A stretch of DNA of 64,000 nt, taken from contig JBLDXI010000048.1 of NCBI GenBank assembly GCA_047495785.1, positions 1,116,001 to 1,180,000 of the forward strand, in the 5' to 3' direction. The notes under the pieces were generated by a model that was given only the letters and a program-made list of their open reading frames with translations, was not told the origin of the DNA and did not search any database. The translations under genes and the position numbers were made by a program. Of the stretch, positions 45,929-58,300 are shown piece after piece; position 1 is the stretch's first letter; each line of letters starts with the position of its first letter. This DNA is from Lepidodermella squamata (lineage: Eukaryota; Animalia; Gastrotricha).

Positions 45929-48355
45929 ATGGCAAAAATGAGAATTCTAACTTTTTTGGTCGCAGCGTTCCCGGTTATCTGTGATGCAGTCCTTAGAGGT
46001 AAAAAATTCGAAATAGCGCTATGGTTGATCCATCAACTCTAGGATTTGTTACACGCAGAAAGGGACAGAGACTCATACGACCCACCAGTACAACAGCAGA
46101 TGGCTGTTTACGTGCCAGCCCAGAGACCTGCCTACATAGCCCAGCCAGTCTACCAACCGGCTCCACCGGTCTACATATCCCGGCCGGTGTATCAGCCGGC
46201 TCCGCCGGTCTATCAACCAGCTCCGCCGGTAAATAGTCGGCTAATCATAGAGCATTTGAAATGTCGGTTATAAAACTTTGTTTCCCTTCCCCGAGCAGGT
46301 TTACTATCCATCACCTCCATCGGTAAGCAGTAGAGAAATTCGATGAAAAGTATATTCAGTCCCTGTGTTTCATGTGGATTTAGAGACCAGTTAGCCAGCC
46401 TAGTCCGCAATGGCTGGTTCCTGCGCAGAGACCGGCGGTATGATTGTCGAATCTCTTACCTGAAAGCATCTAAAAATGTCTTACAGCCGGCTCCATCTCC
46501 GGTATATCGTCCCCCATCCTCTGGCTGGAATGACGATAGTTGGGATAACGGCCGGCCTTCGGTGAGAATCAGGTTTCAAATACATAGTCTATTACTATTG
46601 CGATTCTGAGTTTAGAACAATCGGCCAGCACCTTCCTGGCAACCTGCTCCAGTGCCAGCTCCGCAGCCAGTCTACCGACCGCCTACTTCGGATTGGAATG
46701 ATAACAGCAGAGAGAATAACTGGCGACCATCGGTAAGTTTTGTTCTTACAATTGAAGGTTTACTCATTTCCAAGTCTCATTCAGGGCAACAATAACAATC
46801 GCCCCGCGCCGTCCCCTTCATGGCGACCGTCACCTAATCCTGCTCCACAACCTGTCTTCCGACCACCTATTTCAGATGGAAATGACAATAGCAGAGAGAA
46901 CTGGCGACCGTCGGTAGTTGTCTTCTTTGCCATTCTGTATCGTTGATTAGTTGTCAATCACATTTCAGCCCAGCAATAACAACAATCGTCCTTCACCATC
47001 CCCGTCCCCATCATGGCGACCTTCACCTAATCCAGCTCCACAGCCACCATCGAGGCCTTCGGTTGAGCTCGGAGCCTAAAAATTAAGCCAATATGCCTAA
47101 ATTTCTTCTCAAAATACTTATAGCCCAGCCCATCTCCGCAATGGAATGACAACAGCCGAGAGAACAATGTATGTTCATTTTTTGTTATCAATCCCTAATA
47201 AGAGATGATTGTTATTGCAGAATCGACCAGCGGCACGGCCATCTGTTAGTTCAATCTAGAATCGATCCTGTTTTACGAATAATTCAATTCACTCCCATTT
47301 AGCCTTCACCCTCGCCTAGTTGGAACCCTGCTCCTCGGCCAGCGGTAGGCTCTTTAATTTTTTTCAAGTTATCGATGTTGTCGATTCATTAATCGAATCT
47401 AGCCACGAGAATTGAGTGGCGTACGAAATTGAAAAATATCACAGATTGATTTTTGAATAATGAATTCATTTCGCTCATTTTTCGAACAAAAATATTGAAT
47501 TTTTCATCATTCTCAATACCCTTTGATTTTGGCTTGACTTAGGATCGACTAACGTTGGTCCTCCTCCGACACTCAGTATGGTTGGAGGAACACCATCATC
47601 CTTCAGCCATACTGGGTACACCGGAGTGAATTTTATTTCGTTATGTGTACAGGTTTCTGTGTTGTCTTTTTGCTCTAAACGAAATAAAGAAGATGTTATG
47701 TGTTATGTTATGTTAGCCACGACCATCTCCATCACCGTCGCCTGTTCCTGTACCGCAGCCCGCACCTCAGCCAGCGCCTCAACCAGCGCCCCGGCCTTCA
47801 CCACAGCCAGAGCCCCAGCCAGCGCCCCGGCCTTCGCCTCAACCGGCCCCACAGCCATCACCTCCATCTCGACCTGCACCAAGCCCACCAACGGTAACTT
47901 TGAGCGATTTGTTGATACTAATCGCAAACATGGTTCTGTTGTAGTCAAACGACAGATCGAAAGAAAATGGTAACAGTGGTAATAGTGGCAACAACGGTAA
48001 CAATGGCAACAATGGAAGTGGTGGCAATGGCGGTAACAGCAGTGGTAACTCCAACGGCAGGCGTAATTTGAGAACATTCGTGCGAAAATCATTCTTTATT
48101 CATATCCCTTTACTTAAGCCAACTCCGGTGGTAACAGCAACAGCGGCAATAATGGCAATAACAATGGCAATAACGGTAACGCCTTTGGCAATAACGAAAA
48201 TGCCAATTCGAACAGCAGACGTGAGAAAAGGCTCTATGTCACCATAGTATTATCATAATCACAACTTATTTCTAGCTAATGCAAGTGGAACAAATACCAA
48301 CGGCAATGGAGGAAGTTCGAGTGCCGGTTCAAATGCCAATAGACGCAGCGGCTAA
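45929..48355 (+). CDS. Secreted Pro-rich and Asn/Gly-rich low-complexity protein with many small exons
   Basis: Signal peptide MAKMRILTFLVAAFPVICDA; PVYQPAP and RPSPSP/WNDNSREN repeats in GC-rich exons separated by 50-60 bp AT-rich introns; N/G-rich final exons ending in NRRSG*. Confidence 0.75.
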
Positions 48356-48592
48356 CACTTATTCTTTGATGACCATGACACGTGAACACACAAATGATCC
48401 AGAAAAGCCTTGTATTTATTTAAAGAATTTTTAAACATAAACTGTGAAATCGGATAATTTCCAGTAAATTGATATTTCATTAGGCTTTCTGATATAGGTC
48501 AAGACTAATTGATAATTTATGATCTATGATGTTTCGAAGTTCGATGACGATAGATTCCTTGAAGCAGCAAGTTAGACTTTTGACACAGGATT

Positions 48593-51416
48593 TTAGACGC
48601 CGTCATAGCATTTGAAAGGATCCGTGTACGGTGGTGTTGCATCTGAAACCTAATGAAAAGCAGATCATACTCACTGCTGCTACGTTGAAACGTTGAAACG
48701 CAACCCACCTCAGACTTTTTGCATCCGAAATCTGCACGTCTGCAATCGGCAAACGGCTTTCCTGGCGTGTTGCGGTAACAGCGGACGTATTTCTATATTC
48801 ATAAGAATTTATTATACCAATTTGATCGGAAATAGCGAGGCGTACCCAGTTGAGATCAGCTCGATGATTACATGCCAAAAAGTTGCGGCTGAAATAAGCA
48901 TATGTGTTGAACATCTAAAGCAATTGATGCAACATCTAATCCGCAAATATTTTCTCTCGGCCTTACGATTTTACTCTCGCCGGAAAGGCAGCCTTGGTCG
49001 CCGGAAATGCAGCGGAACGTCGAACCTTTGACGCATTTTCTGACGTTCTACAGAAAAAACGAGTTACAGAGTTGAAATATTCCAGTTCGCTGTTCACAAC
49101 TCACGCCTTTGTCGCAAGTGTCCGTGAAACGAGTTGTCCATTCTTTGAAAGGAGTTTCACCCTCCAAGCAGTAAGCCCTGCATGCTTCGAACTGGCCAGT
49201 TACCGAGTTGATGCAGCGCGAAGCTAATTTAGCTATGAATAAAACACAGGATCGGAAATTTTAGTTAGGCTATCAGTGTTAAGGTAGAATTACAAAGGCG
49301 CTATCCCCTTTATTACGAGGCAAAATATAGTATTTTACAAGAATCGAGTCCCGCGCTAGATATTGGATTAGTTGGTTTTTAGCGACAACACTCAAAAATG
49401 ACAAATAATTCAAAAACTTACTGCAGCTTTTTATTCTGTCAGAATTCTCGCAGTCGGTCAAGCCGCCGTTACGCCAGCATTGCAAAGAAGAATAAAATAG
49501 ATTACGGCACGCATTTCCAGATTGAGTGTAATTTCCCCGAGGAAGAAAAAGGTAGCGCAATTCAGACGTGGACCAGGGGGAGCAGGTTTCCCCAGTTGAC
49601 GTCTTGGTTAAGAGTGATCCTTCGTAATCAGCCGCGTTTGGCGTGATTCGGCATTCTCGGGGTAACTCGGTGGCTTTCACTCCAGGGCATGTTGCGAAAA
49701 CCGTAAGAGTGGCAGTGCCGCCCACCAGGTAAGGTATGCTTGAATAGACCAAGGCTTGATTTTTGTTGGTCGAATAAACACGACCACGAGTAGCAGTGAA
49801 ACCGCAGTATCTACGTGGAGAAAGAAATTAGCGGAAAATATCACTTCCTACCTAAAGATTACATAAATCCGGGAACTCTACTCTCGGGTCCCAGCTCTCT
49901 TATCATAATAAAGTTCAAACAGTTGACAAATCCTGAAAGGAAATGATAAGAAAAACTAATCTAAATGAATCAGAATTACAACTGAAGTATTCTAGATTGA
50001 CCCAAGTTGGGAAAGCGAACACCAATCCACTTTTGTCCCCCTGAAAGAGAAACGATATAATCGAAAAAACGCATGAATGAATAATTTCGAACCGTTGAGA
50101 CACGCCACGAACAGCTTTTAGAATTGGCAGTGCCATCTGCGGGAGTTGATATGTCAATGGTAGTGCAAGGTTTAACGTAGATTTCGCCGCCGCAGCCATT
50201 CGCCGTGTCTGTTGGGTATAGGGCTTCGCAGAAATCGCCACCGAGGCCAACCGGGCAGAAGCATTTCGTACAGTTCACGCTCGGATTCGGGTACCCGCCA
50301 TTTTGGCATGTAATTGTCGGGTTCTTGCACGGATCGGAACCTGATCAAAGTTTGGCGATCACGCCATTCTTTGGTCTTCATAGAAAATGGTTCTACTCAC
50401 TGAAGCAGTTGTAAAGCGTGTTCAACTTGACCATGTCGAACAGTGATAAGTAAGCATTCTGTCCCAAGCTTGTTACGTATCGCAGGTCGCGCGGATACCT
50501 GTCACCTACCACGAGATTACCTTGCCCATCCATAATGGGGTTGAACAGTGACTCGTAATCAAATGGAGTCGCGTTGTAATATGTTTGCGCCGAATTGATT
50601 GGGAAGCTTTAATGAAAGAAACGTGAAGAAATCTTCTTCTTAGCCAAGATGAGAGCAAACCTGTTTTCGAAGCCAGGAGACGGAGTGAGATATTGATCGC
50701 GATCCGGCCGCCTGAGTTCATACGTCAGCCCTAAGACGTAGCCGATTTTTCTTATTGCGAACTGAACCTATAACCCGAAATTCATTTATTACATTCTCTC
50801 AAGTCTTGATCTGAAAATAACCTCAAGAGCAGAATCTTTGTTGCCGTCAAAATTCATGAATCCAATGAATTTTTGGGGATATTCGACGCCATGAAATCCC
50901 CCAGCATCACTATAAAGTAAGAACATGAGCGATTACGAGTTTTAATAGGTTAAAATGCAGCTCACCCGATTCCAAAGAAACGAATCGAGTTGGATGTATT
51001 CAGGTCAATAGACGGTCTCTCTTCGAACCGCAAGCAAGTTACTGATTCAAGTTGAGCTATCGCCCTCTTCACAACGCCTTTGTCATGCTCAGCTATAAAT
51101 TTAGAGTGAAAGAAATTACAATAAGAAAAATTGCATTCATGCAAATAAAATCACATAAATCTGCATTGCCATCTGAGCCGGTATTCCAGGTTTTGTTGTT
51201 GAATACGTAGGGTATGGGCAGCGGCCACGGTTTCGCCGGTGCCTGACCGGGAGTGAAGCCGTCGTAGAAGTCCTGGTACAGGGTCATTCTTATTTTGCTG
51301 ATTGATGCGTCGACATTTGTGAATGTGACGTTGAACGCCTGTTCTTCGCTTGCAAACGACATGCGATAGAGGATCGAGCAAGCTAACAGGAGCAAGATTA
51401 GATTAGTCGCGGTCAT
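48593..51416 (-). CDS. Catalytically inactive astacin-like protein with EGF, CUB and kringle domains (multi-exon; 3' end tentative)
   Basis: Signal peptide; WPLPIPY; TCLRFEER; RPDRDQY; LGQ...LSLFDMVKLNTLYNC; EGF CQNGGYPNP..CTKCFCPVGLGGDFC; CUB GCGG...CSWRV; kringle-like DYEG..TKTSTGETCSPW...NACRN. Confidence 0.8.
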
Positions 51417-52084
51417 CGATCAAAATGGAGTAAGCACTAAATGAAAAATGTGAGAATGTTATCACTGAAATTAAAATCGAATGACTGGAGAATAAAAACA
51501 TTTGCTTTGTTTTCATCAACAGGAGCACGCGCTGAAGATTTTGATTTCACATTTTGACCGTCGCACGCGATAAAAACGCTGAAATCACGCGATAAAATCT
51601 GGTTTTATTATGAATGAGCGCTTTTTTGAAATTAAGCCACTATAAACTACGCGAAAGCAAGTAAAATGTTGTTCACATGCGGGAAACGATTAGTTTGAAT
51701 GAGTTTTCGGGATAAGCTAAAAAGGAGTTAATGACACGAGCAAGCTAATTTTAGTCTAGCAAGCGCCTTTCGAAACGGACTTTCCGCCAGCTACCAAGAA
51801 GAAAGGGCATTCACGGATGAATTAAAGATTCGATTGCTGATGCGTAACAACAAAAGCGCGGAGTCGAAAAGAGAATTCAAACACGATTGTTCGATTTTCG
51901 AATTGAAGCTGGCAGTCGGCAATTAATGAAAGCGTCGAGGAACACCCATAGACGAAAAATGGACGATCATCAAAAATAGTTACATACATGTGAATTCGCT
52001 CGCAGCTCACAGATAATTCTGCGTGGCTCTTACGCGATAGCAGCTGTGGACTAATTTATTCAGAATGAACTGTTCCAATTGTAT

Positions 52085-52240
52085 CCAGCACGAATTTCAG
52101 CACCTAACCAGCACTAATTTTTCGCACTATCCAGCACGCGTGCGATTTATCCAGCACCATTATCCAGCACCAGTCCCTAGCCATGACCGGCACGCATCCA
52201 GCACTGAATCCAGCACTAATAGCACCAGTGCTGGACAGTG
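52085..52240. repeat. Cluster of CCAGCAC motifs
   Basis: About 10 exact or near copies in about 150 bp, ending in an inverted copy gtgctggacagtg. Confidence 0.6.
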
Positions 52241-52376
52241 CAGGAAAAGGCCTAATTGAAAGCGAAAAACGAGGCGGCGGTTCCGTGACCCGATCTCGGC
52301 ACCCATCCAGCACATGTGGCGGCAAACCCTCTACACCACCGGATTCACTGTATCAAATGTGACGGTTTTTGAATAT

Positions 52377-55300
52377 AGGCCAAAATCGCGATTTCCGAAG
52401 CCGACATCGACACGATCGGCGGCGAATTTGGACAGCGGCCGCTGATAGTTTGTACAGAATTTAGAGGGCTATCCGCCGATATAAGATTTATTGACCGGCG
52501 ATACTTGGTTCGCGCTGAAATTGCGTGCAAAGTAAGTCAAATTGGCGTGCGGCCAAGGCCAAAATCGCGATTTCCGAAGCCGATATCGACACGATCGGCG
52601 GCGAATTTGGGCAGCGGCCGCGGATAGTTTGTACAGAATTTAGAGGGCTATCCGCCGATATAAGAATTATGGGCCGGCGATACATGGTTCGCGCTGAAAA
52701 TGCGTGCAAAGTCAGTCAAATTGGCGTGCGGCCAAGGCCAAAATCGCGATTTCCGAAGCCGATATCGACACGATCGGCGGCGAATTTGGGCAGCGGCCGC
52801 GGATAGTTTATACAGAATTTAGAGGGCTATCCGCCGATATAAGATTTATTGACCGGCGATACTTGGTTCGCGCTGAAAATGCGTGCAAAGTCAGTCAAAT
52901 TGGCGTGCGGCCAAGGCCAAAATCGCGATTTCCGAAGCCGATATCGACACGATCGGCGGCGAATTTGGGCAGCGGCCGCTGATAGTTTGTACAGAATTTA
53001 GAGGGCTATCCGCCGATACAAGAATTATGGGCCGGCGATACTTGGTTCGCGCTGAAATTGCGTGCAAAGTCAGTCAAATTGGCGTGCGGCCAAGGCCAAA
53101 ATCGCGATTTCCGAAGCCGATATCGACACGATCGGCGGCGAATTTGGGCAGCGGCCGCGGATAGTTTATACAGAATTTCGAGGGCTATCCGCCGATATAA
53201 GATTTATTGACCGGCGATACTTGGTTCGCGCTGAAAATGCGTGCAAAGTCAGTCAAATTGGCGTGCGGCCAAGGCAAAAATCGCGATTTCCGAAGCCGAT
53301 ATCGACACGATCGGCGGCGAATTTGGGCAGCGGCCGCGGATAGTTTGTACAGAATTTCGAGGGCTATCCGCCGATATAAGAATTATTGACCGGCGATACT
53401 TGGTTCGCGCTGAAAATGCGTGCAAAGTCAGTCAAATTGGCGTGCGGCCAAGGCCAAAATCGCGATTTCCGAAGCCGATATCGACACGATCGGCGGCGAA
53501 TTTGGGCAGCGGCCGCGGATAGTTTATACAGAATTTCGAGGGCTATCCGCCGATATAAGATTTATTGACCGGCGATACTTGGTTCGCGCTGAAAATGCGT
53601 GCAAAGTCAGTCAAATTGGCGTGCGGCCAAGGCCAAAATCGCGATTTCCGAAGCCGATATCGACACGATCGGCGGCGAATTTGGGCAGCGGCCGCGGATA
53701 GTTTATACAGAATTTCGAGGGCTATCCGCCGATATAAGATTTATTGACCGGCGATACTTGGTTCGCGCTGAAAATGCGTGCAAAGTCAGTCAAATTGGCG
53801 TGCGGCCAAGGCCAAAATCGCGATTTCCGAAGCCGATATCGACACGATCGGCGGCGAATTTGGGCAGGGGCCGCGGATAGTTTGTACAGAATTTCGAGGG
53901 CTATCCGCCGATATAAGAATTATGGGCCGGCGATACATGGTTCGCGCTGAAATTGCGTGCAAAGTCAGTCAAATTGGCGTGCGGCCAAGGCCAAAATCGC
54001 GATTTCCGAAGCCGATATCGACACGATCGGCGGCGAATTTGGGCAGCGGCCGCGGATAGTTTATACAGAATTTAGAGGGCTATCCGCCGATATAAGATTT
54101 ATTGACCGGCGATACTTGGTTCGCGCTGAAATTGCGTGCAAAGTCAGTCAAATTGGCGTGCGGCCAAGGCAAAAATCGCGATTTCCGAAGCCGACATCGA
54201 CACGATCGGCGGCGAATTTGGACAGCGGCCGCTGATAGTTTGTACAGAATTTAGAGGGCTATCCGCCGATATAAGATTTATTGACCGGCGATACTTGGTT
54301 CGCGCTGAAATTGCGTGCAAAGTAAGTCAAATTAACGTGCGGCCAAGGCCAAAATCGCGATTTCCGAAGCCGATATCGACACGATCGGCGGCGAATTTGG
54401 GCAGCGGCCGCGGATAGTTTGTACAGAATTTAGAGGGCTATCCGCCGATATAAGAATTATGGGCCGGCGATACATGGTTCGCGCTGAAAATGCGTGCAAA
54501 GTCAGTCAAATTGGCGTGCGGCCAAGGCCAAAATCGCGATTTCCGAAGCCGATATCGACACGATCGGCGGCGAATTTGGGCAGGGGCCGCGGATAGTTTG
54601 TACAGAATTTCGAGGGCTATCCGCCGATATAAAAATTATGGGCCGGCGATACATGGTTCGCGCTGAAAATGCGTGCAAAGTCAGTCAAATTGGCGTGCGG
54701 CCAAGGCCAAAATCGCGATTTCCGAAGCCGATATCGACACGATCGGTGGCGAATTTGGGCAGCGGCCGCGGATAGTTTATACAGAATTTCGAGGGCTATC
54801 CGCCGATATAAGATTTATTGACCGGCGATACATGGTTCGCGCTGAAAATGCGTGCAAAGTGAGTCAAATTGGCGTGCGGCCAAGGCAAAAATCGCGATTT
54901 CCGAAGCCGATATCGACACGATCGGCGGCGAATTTGGGCAGCGGCCGCGGATAGTTTATACAGAATTTCGAGGGCTATCCGCCGATATAAGAATTATGGG
55001 CCGGCGATACATGGTTCGCGCTGAAATTGCGTGCAAAGTCAGTCAAATTGGCGTGCGGCCAAGGCCAAAATCGCGATTTCCGAAGCCGATATCGACACGA
55101 TCGGCGGCGAATTTGGGCAGCGGCCGCGGATAGTTTATACAGAATTTAGAGGGCTATCCGCCGATATAAGATTTATTGACCGGCGATACTTGGTTCGCGC
55201 TGAAATTGCGTGCAAAGTAAGTCAAATTGGCGTGCGGCCAAGGCCAAAATCGCGATTTCCGAAGCCGATATCGACACGATCGGCGGCGAATTTGGGCAGC

Positions 55301-58300
55301 GGCCGCGGATAGTTTGTACAGAATTTAGAGGGCTATCCGCCGATATAAGAATTATGGGCCGGCGATACATGGTTCGCGCTGAAATTGCGTGCAAAGTCAG
55401 TCAAATTGGCGTGCGGCCAAGGCCAAAATCGCGATTTCCGAAGCCGATATCGACACGATCGGCGGCGAATTTGGGCAGCGGCCGCGGATAGTTTATACAG
55501 AATTTAGAGGGCTATCCGCCGATATAAGATTTATTGACCGGCGATACTTGGTTCGCGCTGAAATTGCGTGCAAAGTAAGTCAAATTGGCGTGCGGCCAAG
55601 GCCAAAATCGCGATTTCCGAAGCCGATATCGACACGATCGGCGGCGAATTTGGGCAGCGGCCGCGGATAGTTTGTACAGAATTTAGAGGGCTATCCGCCG
55701 ATATAAGAATTATGGGCCGGCGATACATGGTTCGCGCTGAAAATGCGTGCAAAGTCAGTCAAATTGGCGTGCGGCCAAGGCCAAAATCGCGATTTCCGAA
55801 GCCGATATCGACACGATCGGCGGCGAATTTGGGCAGCGGCCGCGGATAGTTTATACAGAATTTAGAGGGCTATCCGCCGATATAAGATTTATTGACCGGC
55901 GATACTTGGTTCGCGCTGAAATTGCGTGCAAAGTAAGTCAAATTGGCGTGCGGCCAAGGCCAAAATCGCGATTTCCGAAGCCGATATCGACACGATCGGC
56001 GGCGAATTTGGGCAGCGGCCGCGGATAGTTTGTACAGAATTTAGAGGGCTATCCGCCGATATAAGAATTATGGGCCGGCGATACATGGTTCGCGCTGAAA
56101 ATGCGTGCAAAGTCAGTCAAATTGGCGTGCGGCCAAGGCCAAAATCGCGATTTCCGAAGCCGATATCGACACGATCGGCGGCGAATTTGGGCAGCGGCCG
56201 CGGATAGTTTATACAGAATTTAGAGGGCTATCCGCCGATATAAGATTTATTGACCGGCGATACTTGGTTCGCGCTGAAAATGCGTGCAAAGTCAGTCAAA
56301 TTGGCGTGCGGCCAAGGCCAAAATCGCGATTTCCGAAGCCGATATCGACACGATCGGCGGCGAATTTGGGCAGCGGCCGCGGATAGTTTATACAGAATTT
56401 CGAGGGCTATCCGCCGATATAAGATTTATTGACCGGCGATACTTGGTTCGCGCTGAAAATGCGTGCAAAGTCAGTCAAATTGCCGTGCGGCCAAGGCCAA
56501 AATCGCGATTTCCGAAGCCGATATCGACACGATCGGCGGCGAATTTGGGCAGCGGCCGCTGATAGTTTGTACAGAATTTAGAGGGCTATCCGCCGATATA
56601 AGATTTATTGACCGGCGATACATGGTTCGCGCTGAAATTGCGTGCAAAGTGAGTCAAATTGGCGTGCGGCCAAGGCAAAAATCGCGATTTCCGAAGCCGA
56701 TATCGACACGATCGGCGGCGAATTTGGGCAGCGGCCGCGGATAGTTTATACAGAATTTCGAGGGCTATCCGCCGATATAAGAATTATGGGCCGGCGATAC
56801 TTGGTTCGCGCTGAAATTGCGTGCAAAGTAAGTCAAATTGGCGTGCGGCCAAGGCCAAAATCGCGATTTCCGAAGCCGATATCGACACGATCGGCGGCGA
56901 ATTTGGGCAGCGGCCGCGGATAGTTTGTACAGAATTTAGAGGGCTATCCGCCGATATAAGAATTATGGGCCGGCGATACATGGTTCGCGCTGAAAATGCG
57001 TGCAAAGTCAGTCAAATTGGCGTGCGGCCAAGGCCAAAATCGCGATTTCCGAAGCCGATATCGACACGATCGGCGGCGAATTTGGGCAGCGGCCGCGGAT
57101 AGTTTATACAGAATTTCGAGGGCTATCCGCCGATATAAGATTTATTGACCGGCGATACATGGTTCGCGCTGAAAATGCGTGCAAAGTGAGTCAAATTGGC
57201 GTGCGGCCAAGGCCAAAATCGCGATTTCCGAAGCCGATATCGACACGATCGGCGGCGAATTTGGGCAGCGGCCGCGGATAGTTTGTACAGAATTTAGAGG
57301 GCTATCCGCCGATATAAGAATTATGGGCCGGCGATACATGGTTCGCGCTGAAAATGCGTGCAAAGTCAGTCAAATTGGCGTGCGGCCAAGGCCAAAATCG
57401 CGATTTCCGAAGCCGATATCGACACGATCGGCGGCGAATTTGGGCAGCGGCCGCGGATAGTTTATACAGAATTTAGAGGGCTATCCGCCGATATAAGATT
57501 TATTGACCGGCGATACTTGGTTTGCGCTGAAAATGCGTGCAAAGTCAGTCAAATTGGCGTGCGGCCAAGGCCAAAATCGCGATTTCCGAAGCCGATATCG
57601 ACACGATCGGCGGCGAATTTGGGCAGCGGCCGCGGATAGTTTATACAGAATTTCGAGGGCTATCCGCCGATATAAGATTTATTGACCGGCGATACTTGGT
57701 TCGCGCTGAAAATGCGTGCAAAGTCAGTCAAATTGCCGTGCGGCCAAGGCCAAAATCGCGATTTCCGAAGCCGATATCGACACGATCGGCGGCGAATTTG
57801 GGCAGCGGCCGCGGATAGTTTATACAGAATTTCGAGGGCTATCCGCCGATATAAGAATTATGGGCCGGCGATACATGGTTCGCGCTGAAAATGCGTGCAA
57901 AGTCAGTCAAATTGGCGTGCGGCCAAGGCCACAATCGCGATTTCCGAAGCCGATATCGACACGATCGGCGGCGAATTTGGGCAGCGGCCGCGGATAGTTT
58001 ATACAGAATTTAGAGGGCTATCCGCCGATATAAGATTTATTGACCGGCGATACTTGGTTCGCGCTGAAATTGCGTGCAAAGTAAGTCAAATTGGCGTGCG
58101 GCCAAGGCCAAAATCGCGATTTCCGAAGCCGATATCGACACGATCGGCGGCGAATTTGGGCAGCGGCCGCTGATAGTTTGTACAGACTTTAGAGGGCTAT
58201 CCGCCGATATAAGAATTATGGGCCGGCGATACATGGTTCGCGCTAAAATTGCGTGCAAAGTGAGTCAAATTGGCGTGCGGCCAAGGCCAAAATCGCGATT

